Shown here: in pieces, positions 12,105-25,323 of the stretch
Numbering within the stretch: the first letter of the stretch is position 1
Layout: each line of letters begins with the position of its first letter
Origin: Flaccisagitta enflata
Lineage: Eukaryota
Length of the DNA stretch: 64,000 nucleotides
Direction: 5' to 3'
NCBI GenBank assembly: GCA_965153355.1
Contig: OZ231126.1
Coordinates: 11,718,001-11,782,000 of the forward strand
The notes under the pieces: model-generated
What the model saw: only the letters and a program-made list of their open reading frames with translations
The model's database searches: none
What the model was told of the DNA's origin: nothing
Made by a program: the position numbers and the translations under genes

Positions 12105-14442
12105 CAGTGGGAACCCGATTTAACGACCTTGAAGGGACTGGGGAATTTTGGTCGTTAAATCCGAGTGTTGTTAAATCGAATTTATAGTTTTAGATACATT
12201 TAGTTAGAATAGTTTTGAAACATATGTTCATATATTTGTATATGTACTCACTATAGCATTTGTGTAACTGGCCAACAAACCATCACATAAGCTAAAAGAT
12301 AGCCTCTTTTAGTATTAGTATAACATATTTGTATGAAAAGTGGAACAAAATACCTCACTATATCCAAACTGAAATAACTGGAAGAGGGCTTTATGTCGTG
12401 GTGCAGAACAGCGTCAAATTTGACAAATCGTTCTGTTCTGTGATGGAATACGCTGATATGCAGCAGAATTATAACAATAACTAAAGTCTTATGCATGCTT
12501 AATACTCCCTAAATTAATTAAAAAACGGTTAACTGACCAATGGTATTGATCTGGCATTGGTAAAGTCGCAGCATACTTAGTGAAACAACAGAATTCTTTA
12601 AAAAGAATTGCACGGAAAACATGAGATGTTGCCACGTGAAAAACCGAATCTGTCTCTGAATGCAAAATTTTGCATTTCTAAACACATGGCCTGTTTCTTA
12701 AAAGTGTTTAGACTGATGCCATGTTTTTCAAAATGCAAAATTTTGAATTCAGAGACAGATTCGGTTTTTCACGCGAGACATGTCAATGCACAAGAATCAA
12801 TTTTTATTAAAAATCCATCAATTTCGCATCCTTTTTTCTCACATTTCCTTAGCATATGGTACAGAAAAACGTTTTCCTATGCAAAAAAATTGATGATTAC
12901 CAACCACAAATCCTTTTTCTCAATAAAAAATCTTTGAATACATAAAATAGAAAATATTGTATAAATCGTTTTGACTTGTCAAATTTTGTATTCGTTTGCA
13001 CTGTGACTTATGAACCCCCATTGAATATTACATGTAATGAGTTTTATATAAAATTGTTTAAAAAAAAATTGATTTCAAACCTCTTAGTCCATGATATGGC
13101 ATCATTTTTAGTCTCGTGCTACATGACTCTACACCTTACATTGTCCATTTGTCCATCCGTTGGTTAGGCACACTTTACTTTTTTTATGATTTTCATTCTT
13201 TGATGATACTGCTCCTGCCTAAATGCTCTAGTAACTTCAAATATGGCCCTGCCTACCGCACGCGACTGCGGTAGAAAAAAACTAAAAAGAGAGTCAAAAG
13301 AGAGATGAGGTCTTTATGTATAGTTTTTGGGCAGCGGCCCCGAAGGGGACGAAGTCCTGTAGAACCTGGGGGAATCTCATCGCGTCCGTCCGTACGATCC
13401 GCGTCCATTAAAACTCTCCATTCCCCCCACCCATTCTGGGGCTTTGTCTCCTTGAGGCCAAATCCAAGCAAAATGGCCCAAATCCAAGCAAAATGGCCCA
13501 AATCCAAGCAAACTGGCTAAATTCTGGCTAGAAAACCTGAATTTTGGTCAAAATTCTATCATTTTGGCCCCTAAGATCTAGATCCTGGTTTCTAATACCC
13601 AGATTCTGGCCTCTAAAACCCTAATCCTAGCCTCAGAGATCTAGATCTTGATCTCTCTGACCCAGATTCTGGCCTCCCGGACCCAGGACCTGGCCTCAAG
13701 GCCCTAAATCCTGGCCTCAGAGGGCCAAATCCTGGCCTCAGGAGCTCAGCCCTGGCCTCTGGAACCCAGATTCTGGCCTCTAAGGCCTAGATCCTGGCCT
13801 GCTCCCCCCTCAACCTAACCTACAAACTTCTCAAGAAGAGCAGGGGTACCCTTGTCCATATACTGCCTTTTGTCATTTCTCCATGTTATTCAATGAGAGT
13901 TTGAATAACAGGGCTTCCTAGACAGAAGGAAGGCTGAGAGAAGGACGGACGGAAGGATGGACGGACGGACAGATTCCCCCTGTGTTCTAGGACTTCGTCC
14001 CCTTCGGGGCCGCTGCCCTGCTCCCCCTCAACCTAAATCACATACTACTCAAGCAGGGCACGGGTACCGCTGACCACTTACTGCCTTTGGGCTGCTATTT
14101 AATTCTTGTTTCAAATATTTGTGTTTATTTCTTTCTTTTTTTCCCTATTTGCATTTTTTTTACTAATTTATTACAGTATATCAAAACCTATAAGTATTGA
14201 AATAAAAATTTTAGGTTACAGAAAATTATCAATTAAAGAGGTTGATGTCACTAAATCAGGTTATGGTCATCCATGGGACTTAAAAATAATGACTTTAAAT
14301 CAGGTTTGGATGTTAAATCAGGTGTTGTTAAATCGAGTAGAATTAACATTACAAAAGCCTGTAAAAATTTGGGACTAAAGAAACTTGGCTGTTAAATCCG
14401 AAATGTCGTTAAATCAGGTGACGAAAATGCGGTAGTCCACTG
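12105..14442. mobile_element. Tigger/pogo-like element carrying nested insertions
   Basis: TA|CAGTGG...CCACTG|TA with repeated subterminal gtcgttaaatc/gttgttaaatc motifs near both ends; HINE-like copies inside at ~13105-14100. Confidence 0.65.
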
Positions 14443-15106
14443 TATTATGAACTATGGGATCTAAATGAAATTGTAGTAGAAGGATCGCTCTTTGGTCACA
14501 TGTCACAGTCGTTATTGTTTGATGTTTGTCATTATAATGGGACCGACCTTTTGATCACGTAGACTGTAGATTCTGTGAACTTACGGCTTTCCTGCTCTCA
14601 GTTTACTCTTGTTTTGAACGTCTGTACAGTCATGATTGCCTTTTTTTTGCATACTATTCCCCCTGCATTTTCATCTACAGGTTCGTATGTACAAACACAG
14701 GTGAATCTGTGTTCGGGAGGATAAGTAGTCACGCATTCAGATATCATGTTGTCGTTAGAAACAGATTGAGAGCCAGTGTTCCCGCTGTTAGAATTGGTTT
14801 GCTTATTCTTCTCTTTTCTCTCTTTCTCTCTTTGCATATGCTCCGGTTTTGCGACAAATTGGCGACAAATTGCGACAAATTACCTTAATTATTCTGATTA
14901 CCTTTATTACCTTTATTACCACGTGACTAAGGTTTGTTGACCTTGTTAAAAGTTGATCCTGGGGATTGTAAATAAAACATGTGTCACTTGTCCACGCTCA
15001 CAATTGTGGTTCCAAACTAGTGTTCATGGCCGTCTTTCTCCTTCTGTGGTGCTGATTTCGTTGTTGTTATTGGTTCTCGATTCATATTCTTCTGTTTCTT
15101 ACTTTT

Positions 15107-15195
<89 letters not shown>

Positions 15196-16007
15196 GTTTG
15201 TTTTTGTTTTTGTTTTTCCTATCATTCTTTGCCATCTTTCACTTTTCCTTATCTTTTCCTTTCTCAATTACAGATCAGAGCGTATTTGAACGAGAGGCCC
15301 CACTTTCAGTAAAGATAACTGTAGCAGTCCCCCCCCTAGAGCCCCGTATGTTTAAGCTACAGGTACGATTGAGGTATCATTTGAAAGCTTATGAGAATAC
15401 AAATGGCGCCATCAGAGGGTTTTCTTTTATTTTGTTTCCTGGCTCAAGTTATAGCTCTTCAAAGTATCCTTTCCCATTTTCCGATACTTTTTGGGCAGCG
15501 GCCCCAAAGGGCCGATGTCCTGTAGAACACAGGGGGGAATTTCCAGATATCCGTCCGTCCGTCCCCCCCTTGACCATCAAGGCCTCATATTTGCCCTCCG
15601 AGCCCTCAATTTAGCCCCCGAGGCCTAAAATAAGCCTCCTAGGCTTCAAATCAGGCCCCTCCCCCGCCTCAAATCTGACCCCCAGACCTCAAATCTGCCC
15701 TCCAGACCTTTAATTAGCCCTCCGAGCATCAAAACAGTCCTCCCAGGCTCAAAGTCACCCTCCAAACCTCAATTTGCTCTCCAAGCCTTGAATCTGCCCT
15801 CCAGCCTTCAAATATGCCTTCATCGGCCTCAATCAGTCATCTAAGGCCTGAGATATTTCCCCTCAGGATGTCTGGAAATTCCCCCCTGTGTTTTACAGGA
15901 CATTGGCCCTTTGAGGCCACTGCCCTGCTCTCACTCCGTTTCTTCACTGGATCACTCTCAGCAGGGCATCCGGTACCGCTGAACATGTGCGATCCTTGGA
16001 TGACTAG

Positions 16008-17125
16008 TTTTTTTGGCAGCGGCCCCGAAGGGGACAATGTCCTGTAGAACACAGGGGGACTTTCGTTTGTTCGTGCGTGCGTCCCCCCCCCCCCGGCCTT
16101 GAGACTCAAATCTCTGCATCAAGGCTGAAATCCCAGCCTATAGGCTAAATTCCTGTCTGGACGCTCAAATACCAGCCTTGAAGCTTAAATTTCAGCCTCG
16201 AGGCTCAAATCCCCGCCTTGAGGCTCAAATCCCAGCCTCAAGGCTGAAATCCCAGCCTCGGCGCTCAGATCTCAGCCTCAAGGTTCAAATCCCAGCCCCA
16301 AGGCTCAAATCACATCCTTGAGGCTTAAATCCCAGCCTCAAGGCTCAAATCCCAGCCTTGAGGCTCAAATCCTAGCCTTGAAGCTTAAATCCCAGCCTCG
16401 AGGCTCAAATCCCAGCCTCGAGGCTCAAATCCCAGCCTCGAGGCTCAAATCCCAGCCTCAAGGCTCAAATCCCAGCCTCGAGGCTCAAATTCCAACCTCA
16501 AGGCTCAAATTCCAGCCTCGAGGCTCAAATTCCAGCCTCGAGGCCTCAAATTAGGCCTCTTAGAATCTTTATCAGGCCTCTCAGAACCCCAATCAGGCCT
16601 TTCAGATCCAAGATCAGGCCTTAACAGACCCCAAATCAGGCCTTTTGGACCTCTAATTGGGCCATCCAGACCTCAAATCAGGCCTCTCAGACTCTAATTT
16701 TGGCCTTTCAGTACCTAACTCAGTCCTCTTAGTCTTAGATCCAAATTATGCCTTTTCAGACCCCAATTCTGGCCTTTCAAACCCAAAATTAGGCCTTCTA
16801 GACCTCAAACTAGGCCTACCAGACCCAGCTCAGGCCTTCCCAGCCCATAATCAGGCCTCAAGCCCTGAATTAGACCCTCAATCAGGCTTCTCAAACCTCT
16901 CAGACCTCAAATCAGGCATCTTAGACCTAAAATCAGGCAACTCAGACCTAAAATCAGGCTACTTGGACCAAAAATCAGGTATATTAGACCCTGCAATTGT
17001 CCAGCATGGCATCATAGGTCATCAGCTCCTTCGGGGCCGCTGCCCCACTCATCATCTCATGCCAACAAAAACTAACATAGGGGCATCGGGTACCACTAAA
17101 CATGTACCGCTTTTGCGACTATTTT
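16008..17125 (+). mobile_element. HINE-like element, family 3 (GGCAGCGGCCCC subTIRs) with central 20- and 21-bp arrays
   Basis: 5' ttttGGCAGCGGCCCCGAAGG; 20-bp aggctcaaatcccagcctcg array (~16110-16550); 21-bp aaatcaggcctctcagacc-type array (~16550-16990); 3' CTTCGGGGCCGCTGCCC. Relatives at ~2685-3056, 7340-7835, 13325-14100, 15488-16005, 51650-53162, 54830-55360 and 59445-59800. Confidence 0.72.
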
Positions 17126-17829
17126 TTCCTGTATTCTCTCTGATCTCGTTAACCATATCAAGTTCGACCTTTCAATTTGCTCATTGAACGCGTCTCTTCT
17201 TTCTTTGATGTTTTTCTACGTTTTTTGATCAACGAACTAGATAAACAGACAGACAGTTAGACAGACAGATAGACTGAAATTTTGTTAGACTAACGAACCG
17301 ACAGACAGGAACTTTTTCTGTTTGGGGGCGTTAAAATAAAGGATACATTGCTACCCCAGTCGCGTGCGGGTGGGCAGGGGCTGTATTTGAGGTCACTTGA
17401 TCATTCGGGCCGGAGCAGTGAGGCCAAAAAACCGCAAAAAAAACAAAACAAAAGTAAAGTGTGACGGGCGGACGGACGGACCGACAAAGCGGGGCGTAGA
17501 CTCGCATAATACGCAACTAAAAACTCGGGCAAATATAAAAAAACGGAATAAAAATTGGTAGTTTAATTGACTTGACGCCTTCCTCCTTCTTCATTGCTCC
17601 TTTTGCACCTCCTCCTCCTTCTCCTCCTCCTGCTCCTCCTCCACCTTCGGATTTACTTGGAACTTGTTCAGACTGACGTTCGCGTTCCTTCGATTTGATC
17701 AGCGGCCGAGGACAAAAAATAAAAAATAAAAAAATAAGGCTGGATACATGGCTACCCTCGACGTGTGCAGATGGGCAGGAACTATACATCAAAAATCTTG
17801 AAAGAGTATGGGTCCGCGACTGGGGACAA

Positions 17830-18530
17830 TCGGCGTTGTCAAACGGCGTGGTCAAACGGCGTGGTCAAACTGCGTTGTCAAACGGCGATGTCAAACGGCG
17901 TTGTCAAACGGAATTGTAATACGGAGTTGTACTACGGCGTTGTAACACGGCGTTGTAACACGGCGTTGTAACACGGCGTTGTAACACGGCGTTGTAACAC
18001 GGCGTTGTAACACGGCGTTGTAACACGGCGTTGTAACACGGCGTTGTATCACGGCGTTGTAACACGGCGTTGTAACACGGCGTTGTAACACGGCGTTGTA
18101 ACACGGCGTTGTAATACGGCGTTGTAATACGGCGTTGTCATACGGCGTTGTCAAACGGCGTTGTCAAACGGCGTTGTCAAACGACGTTGTCAAACGACGT
18201 TGTCAAACGACGTTGTCAAACGACATTGTTAAATGACATTGTCAAACGATGTTGTCAAACGACATTGTCAAACGACATTGTCAAACGACATTGTCAAACG
18301 ACATTGTCAAACGACATTGTCAAACGACATTGTCAAACGACATTGTCAAACGACATTGTCAAACGACATTGTCAAACGACATTGTCAAACGACATTGTCA
18401 AACGACATTGTCAAACGACATTGTCAAACGACATTGTCAAACGACATTGTCAAACGACATTGTCAAACGACATTATCAAACGACATTTTCAAATGACATA
18501 ATCAAACAACATTGTCAAATGACGTTGTCG
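17830..18530. repeat. 13-bp minisatellite (ttgtaacacggcg / ttgtcaaacgaca)
   Basis: About 50 tandem 13-mers, directly visible. Confidence 0.95.
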
Positions 18531-19600
18531 GTTGAAAAATGCCGAAGTTATGCACACTTTTCACTTTTAGGCTGGTAGGCTAATTAGGTGGAGGGTAGTT
18601 GGATGGTAGGCTGGTTTGGCCGGTTAACATGCTAAAATCTATACAATTCAAATTCATATGTTGATTTCTTCCATTAAGAGACTACATACCAAGTTTCAAC
18701 CATATCGGTTGAAAAATACCGAAGTTATGCACGTTTTTAACTTTTAGGCTGGTAGGCTAGTTAGGTGGTAGGCTGGTTTGGCCGGTTAGCATGCTAAAAC
18801 CTTTACAATTCAAATACATATGTTGAGTTCTTTTATTCAGTGACTACACACCGAGTTTCAACCAAATTGGTTGAAAAATGACTAAGTTGTGCACGTTTTT
18901 CGCTTTTAGGCTAGTAGGCTGGTAGGCTGGTTGGGTGGTAGGCCGGTTTGGCCGGTTAACATGCTAAAATCTGTACAGATCAAATACATATGTTGAGTCC
19001 TTCCATTTAGAGACTACATACCAAATTTTAACCAAATCGGTTGAAAAATGCCAGAGTTATGCACATTTTTCACTTTTAGGCTGGTAGGCTAGTTGGGTGG
19101 TAGGCTGGTTTGACTGATTAGCATGTTAAAATCTATACAATTCAAATACATATGTTGAGTCCTTCCATTTAGAGACTAGATACCAAGTTTCAACCAAATT
19201 GGTTGAAAAATCCCGAAGTTATGCACATTTTTAACTTTTAGGCTGGTAGGCCAGTTGGGTGGTAGGCTGGTTTGGCCGGTTAGCATGCTAAAACCTTTAC
19301 AATTCAAATACATATGTTGAGTTCTTTCATTTAGAGACTACATACCGAGTTTCAACCAAATTGGTTGAAAAATGACGAAGTTGTGCACATTTTTCGCTTT
19401 TAGGCTGGTAGGCTGGTTGGGTGGTAGGCCGGTTTGGCCGGTTAACATGCTAAAATCGGTACAGATCAAATGCATATGTTGAGTCCTTCCATTTAGAGAC
19501 TACATACCAAGTTTCAACCAAATCGGTTGAAAAATGCCGAAGTTATGCACGTTTTTCACTTTTAGGCTGGTAGGCTGGTTGGGCCGGTTGGGTGGGTCGG
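18528..19600. repeat. ~162-bp tandem repeat, ~6.4 copies
   Basis: ggttgaaaaat anchor at about 18530, 18708, 18869, 19039, 19201, 19363 and 19525. Confidence 0.92.
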
Positions 19601-20524
19601 ATCATGACATACGCGTAGGATGTAAAGCGGCTTACCCTAGTACAACTTCCCTCCAAATATGAAGCAAATCGGTCAAGGCGTTCAAAAGTCGCGGACAAAA
19701 ATGAAATATAGCATTTTGGCAGAGGCAGTGACAAAGAGATAAAGAGATTGAACACAACTGCAAGCAAGCTCTGTTATCCCCCCAGATTCAACATATGCGT
19801 GAACTATGTCCACGATCTTTCTATTTCTATCTAGTACGTGCTTTGCGACTCTTATAGTCGCTTCGTCGGTCGGTTCGGCGTCTTCATTGTCCTTACCCGC
19901 CTGTATGCTACGTAGATGGTCGTACAAAAATACCAACCTGGTTACATAAGTCAAAGTATAAAAGTAAAGATAGTCATCGTGATGAAATCGTCTCATTCAA
20001 CCAATAGATAGAATACGCTGAAACCCTCATTTTTTCCATAGGTGTCTCAATTCATTATTTTTTTTTTTTAGTTTTCAAAATTGTTATTATAATTATCATC
20101 ATTTAGAATTAACGAAGAAAGACATGTGATCAGCTACCTGGATAATTGTTCTTCTTCGACTTGACGGTAAGAGAAAACAATTTCTGCGCGTCAGATTGAA
20201 ATAACAAAATGCGTAAAACGATATGGCAACGTTCAACAGTATCAATGAGCAACACGGCGCAGAATGCGTAGTACTGCGTATAGGAAATAAGAACGGGTTC
20301 CCCTTTGTAGTAGTGACCTGTTATTAGGTAGAAGTGACCCGTTTTTTCTCAAAGGGACCTATAAGCTGACAGGTCCCCAATGGAGCGTGACGAAGCTTTG
20401 CAGGTCACTTTTCTTTTTGAAAAATGTTTGAGTACAAAACGGAGTCACTTGCTTAATGTCCAATAGTTTAAGGAACCTGTAGAAGGATCCGTTCTATACT
20501 CTAACTTTTACCAAAGGATACCGG

Positions 20525-20869
20525 CCGTATTTCTTGCATTTATCGCCCCCCTCTAATTAGCGCCCCCCTTTTCAAAAAAAAGATGACTCCTGAAAAAAAA
20601 CCTAATTTTGGAGAAAATCTTACTAAATTCATTGTTACAAAAGTTTTTTATTGACAAAAGAAAATCATAAAAATGGTATGCAATGCAAAAATACTCTCTG
20701 TTTTGATACTTTATTATACTGAATTACTAGTTTTTTGTCAAAAACTATAAGTTTCATATAAAATCATCTGTTCATGAGTGAATGAGGGGGCGCTAATTGA
20801 AGGTTGAAAATGACAATATTTCATTTCAATTTCAAAAGCGCCCGGGGCGCTAATTACAAGAAAATACGG
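20525..20869. mobile_element. pogo/Tigger-type MITE, same family as 4929-5265
   Basis: CCGTATTTCTTG...CAAGAAAATACGG|TA; shares tttcaatttcaaaagcgcccggggcgc with the 4929 copy. Confidence 0.75.
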
Positions 20870-21209
20870 TAAGTGACATGTAAGGCCCCGCCGTTACGGT
20901 GTCCTATTCTACAAACCTGTCATAAAGTGACCTGCAGGTGACCTGTGGTCGCTTTTCTGAATAAAATCGGTCACCATAAGTCCCTACTTTTTGTTTTGCC
21001 AGCAACAGATACAGACAGCTACATTAAACTGATTTGTAAAAGAATTGTCGAATAAAGTGACCGCTTTATTAAGAAGACAAAAAATGTTTTGACCGACTAA
21101 ATGACTTAAATGAAATCGTGTTCTTTTTTTAATTTTTATCAAGGCCGGTTACACGACCAGTCGTTGCTCACGGCTTATGAGAGGCAACGATACGGGTGCA
21201 CAGGGGCAG

Positions 21210-21430
21210 TAATGATAGTGGACAGGGGTAGTAATGTGGGTAGGCAGGGGAAGTAATGATGTTGGACAGGGTCAGTAATGTGGGTGGGCAGGGTCAGTAA
21301 TGATGGTGAACAGGGGCCGTAATGATAGTGAACAGGGGCCGTAATGATGGTGGACAGGGGCAGTAATGATGGTGGACAGGGGCAGTAATGATGGTGGACA
21401 GTGGCAGTGATGTGGGTAGACAGGGGCAGT
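21210..21430. repeat. ~22-bp tandem repeat (cagtaatgatggtggacagggg)
   Basis: About 10 degenerate copies following a HINE-like caaggccgg end at 21140. Confidence 0.85.
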
Positions 21431-22729
21431 TATGCTCAGAAATCACGAGTTAAGCAGTCAACTATGAATGGCCCACTAACAGCTGTGACTCACAACTACT
21501 TGTATATATTTATCTCGCAAACTGAATGTATTTCGGTTTATATTTACCCTCAAATCCAAAAATCATTTTTTTCTCCTTTGCCTCGATCCCCCACATTTGC
21601 TCTTAAACGTTTTGAATGAATAAATGACAGAAATCTGCGCGATCAAACCAATTTTTATCTCCCTTGTTATCTACGCAACTCTCCATGTCCGTCTGTCCGT
21701 CCATCTACATCGCCCAATCACCCATGTTCCGTGTGTGTAACTCAGAAGATCATTTAATTCAATTTTTTATGTAGTTCTTTGTCTTTATTAAAGTCTTAAG
21801 ATAAGAAATCGGTTTTTCCCTACTGTGGTTGTAAAACCTGACACGACATCTGTTTTATTTTCGTGTCGGCTGATCCGTCAATCCGTTGGTCTCTTCATCC
21901 ATCTCGAATTCGTTTTTGACATATTTTGCATTTTTTCCCTTTCAAAGCTCATCTTGGGACATCTAAGGTTTTGGTTTCATTCATTTTATTCATTTCATTC
22001 ATTTCACTCATTTCACTCATTTCATTCATTTCATTCATTTCATTCATTTCACTCATTACATTCATTTTATTCATTTAATTCATTACATTCATTACATTCA
22101 TTTCATTCATTTCACTTATTTCATTTATTTTATTCATTTCATTCCTTTCATTCATTTTATTCATTTCACTCATTACACTCATTTCATTCGTTTCATTCAT
22201 TTCATTCACTTCTGAAGTCACAACACTACAACAGGCGCGCGACTTAGGTCAGCTGATCTTGTTTGTATAACTGTTCCTCGACCCTCAGTAATTATTTTAA
22301 TTCCTTTTCTATTGTATAGTTTTATCGTCGTCATCAAACTATACAAAAGAATTCATTATGAAAATTGAAAGACGAAGTGACGAATGGACTGATCGGTGAT
22401 CAACTTAGTGCAAGTTTGTGAGTAACCAACGTCGCTGCACTCTTGTTAGTCGCGTGGTACGCGACTCTACACCCCGCTTTGTCGGTCCGTCCGTCCGTCG
22501 GTCCGTCGGTCCGTCGGTCCGTCGGTCCGTCGGTCCGTCCGTCGGTCCGTCCGTCGGTCCGTCACACTTTACTTTTTTGGGTTTTTTAGGATTTTTGGCT
22601 TCACTGCCCCTGCCCAAATGATCTGGTGACCTCAATTACGGCCCCTGCCCACCCACACGCGACTGGGGTAGCCGTGTATCCGGCCTTGTTATTTCACAAA
22701 CCGTGGTCATAACGTTTAAAGAATTCCTT

Positions 22730-22745
22730 TGAAAGAAAGAAAGAT

Positions 22746-22828
<83 letters not shown>

Positions 22829-22830
22829 AG

Positions 22831-22905
<75 letters not shown>

Positions 22906-22990
22906 AAACAAAGAAAGAAAACAAAGAAAGAAAGCAAAGAAAGAAAACAAAGAAAGAAAACAAAGAAAGAAAACAAAGAAAGAAAACGAA
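22730..22990. repeat. (GAAA)n microsatellite grading into a 13-bp gaaagaaaacaaa repeat
   Basis: Directly visible. Confidence 0.95.
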
Positions 22991-24575
22991 GAACAAGCTC
23001 GACCGGACTGTGTCTCTGCGTGTATTGATCATGTGACATATGTGGAGAGACAGATGGACGAAGAGACGGGTGAAACGACTGCGTAGAAAGGAGGCTCTAA
23101 AAACATGTTGGTTGATCATTTGTTTCAGTATAGGATCTCACTGTGGTCATGAACAGCCGAAAAACGCGGTTTTTGCACAGGCGTTATGGACGGACGGACC
23201 GACGGACCGACGGACAGACCCTCTTATAGAGATGCATTCCTGACGGACGCATCTAAAAAGAAAAAGAAAAAGAAAAAGAAAAAGAAAAAGAAAAAGAAAA
23301 AGAAAAAGAAAAAGAAAAAGAAAATAAAGCGACGTCGAAGTGAACCAATACTGCTCATTAGGTGATTTGCAATTTGTTTGGTTTTTGATTTTATTTTGTA
23401 GGCCAACTCGTCTTTTCTCCCCTTTTCACAACAGACTTCCTTTGCCTCATTTTCTGCAGATTTCGATCCCGAAAAATAAATATTGAAAACGAGCAACGGG
23501 AAAACGTGGCATGACAACAGCTGGTAAAAACCGTGAATCATTACGAAATCATTAAATTAATCGTAACTATCAACTGTGAAACAAGGCCGTTATACGTCTA
23601 ATAAGATATACTCTCCGTATTGTATCCGGAGTTGTCCGAGGTCTGTCCCATACCGTATATTCATCCTAATAATGCCCCAGGCGCTTACAAAATCACAAAT
23701 TGACGTTGCAATTTTAACCCCCTTAATGAGCGCCCCCTCAAACACTTATCTAGACTCTCTTTTTCCGGTGAAATAATTAGGATGTAAATGAAGAAAAAGA
23801 TGAAAAAAAACGCACAAACTATCTTTTCACTTTATATTTTTTATACATTCTTAATTCATAATTTTATTTCTTTTTAATTGCGGACACGCAACTCTATAAG
23901 AGGCTTTGTTCGTCCATCCGACCGTTGGTCCGTCCGTCCGTCCATCAGCACGAGTCGAAAAGTGAGAAAACAAGCGTTATAGAACATTTTTCGTTGCGGA
24001 CAATTGCATTTTCACCCCTGCCCACCCATCCGCAACTGGTAGCCGTGTATCCGGCCTTATTTTATTTTATAAAAAGATACTTCTCTGCTAATTGGAAAAA
24101 AGTCGAATTACGTAATTCGACTTTTTGAAACGTAGGGGAGAAATAAAGTTTTCCATTTTGGATTTGAGACAATTTTTGAAAGTTGTGCCGTTTTGGGGCT
24201 GGGATGATACATTTTTTGATATTCATAGCTAAGAAAGAGCTTATTTTTCTCTTTGGCGCCAACCAGAAGTCTCTACGATCATTAATATTGGCGCTATGAA
24301 TTTTTGAATCTTTTAATATTTTTTCGCATTTTTGCAAAAATCGATATTTTTCATTGATCCCATTTTTCAGCCCCATGTAACAAGAGTGAAGAGTAAAGAT
24401 GTTAAACAAATTGGCCCTAACTTTTATGACGCTAGCTTTTGCATTTTACTCTACTTGAGACAGCGAAAGAGAGAGAGAAAGAGAATAGAAAGGGAAAGAG
24501 AAAGACAGAAAGAGATACACACTCCCCCCCTCCAACACACACATACACAATTCATACATACAAAGAGACACACAA

Positions 24576-24608
<33 letters not shown>

Positions 24609-24630
24609 AGAAGAAGAGAAGAGAGAGAGA

Positions 24631-24675
<45 letters not shown>

Positions 24676-24693
24676 AGAGAGAGAGAGATAAAG

Positions 24694-24751
<58 letters not shown>

Positions 24752-24760
24752 ACTCACACA

Positions 24761-24798
<38 letters not shown>

Positions 24799-25323
24799 AA
24801 GACAAAGGAAGACCAAGAGAGAGACGCAGAGTGACAGATTGAATGACAAAAACAGGCAGGAAGTCAACCAGACATCATGAGATCCACACAGAAAAACATG
24901 CAATGAAAAAAAAGACTCCCATTTACGACTTTTTTCCGGTCGGCGAGAGCCGCCTTTATTGGTAAATAGTTCTGTTTTTCAAAAAAGGGGGTCGCTTATT
25001 TGGGAAGGGGCGCTTATGAGCAGAAATTCAGTTATCACCCAAAACTTGACCAAGAAATCACCAGACATTGATTCATCGGCATTTACGGGAATTACCACTA
25101 ATATAAAAGCCAAGTAGTGTCTAGAAATGATCGCAGAATTTGGACCATAAACCAAATAGAGTACAGCAGGAAATTGACGTGTGTTTTTTTTTTGTGTGAT
25201 CAGCGCAAAGGAAACAAAAAAAAAAGAAAAGAAAAGATGGAAAAAATCACAAGGATAAATATTTAATGATTAACGTCAACAGTCGATTATTCAACATCTA
25301 ACCAGACGTCTCCATATGGCATA

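Larger units (their letters stand above)
17790..19700 (-). mobile_element. ~1.9-kb HINE-like element holding a 13-bp minisatellite and a ~162-bp array
   Basis: Inverted subterminal repeats gtccgcgact (~17812) and agtcgcggac (~19687), A/T runs at both ends, and a small hairpin tcttgaaaga at the left end. Confidence 0.6.

Noticed and set aside
14598..14837. Minus-strand Cys-containing ORF resembling an EGF-like fragment
   Set aside because: Cys spacing is incomplete, the start lies in a GA-rich tract, and splice signals fit the plus strand better.
16318..17187. Repetitive ORFs (SQPRGSNPSLEAQ..., SGLSDPN...) and similar ones at 5606, 7440 and 2789
   Set aside because: Translations of 20/21-bp arrays inside HINE-like elements.
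17830..19600. Regular arrays as a possible CRISPR locus
   Set aside because: Head-to-tail repeats with no unique spacers, no cas genes, and a spliced eukaryotic context.
19682..19996. 104-aa minus-strand ORF that looks protein-like (AGKDNEDAEPTDEATIRVAKHVLD)
   Set aside because: Its core overlaps a decayed HINE 5' palindrome/GTCG motif (~19832-19875) and the end of the 17790-19700 element.
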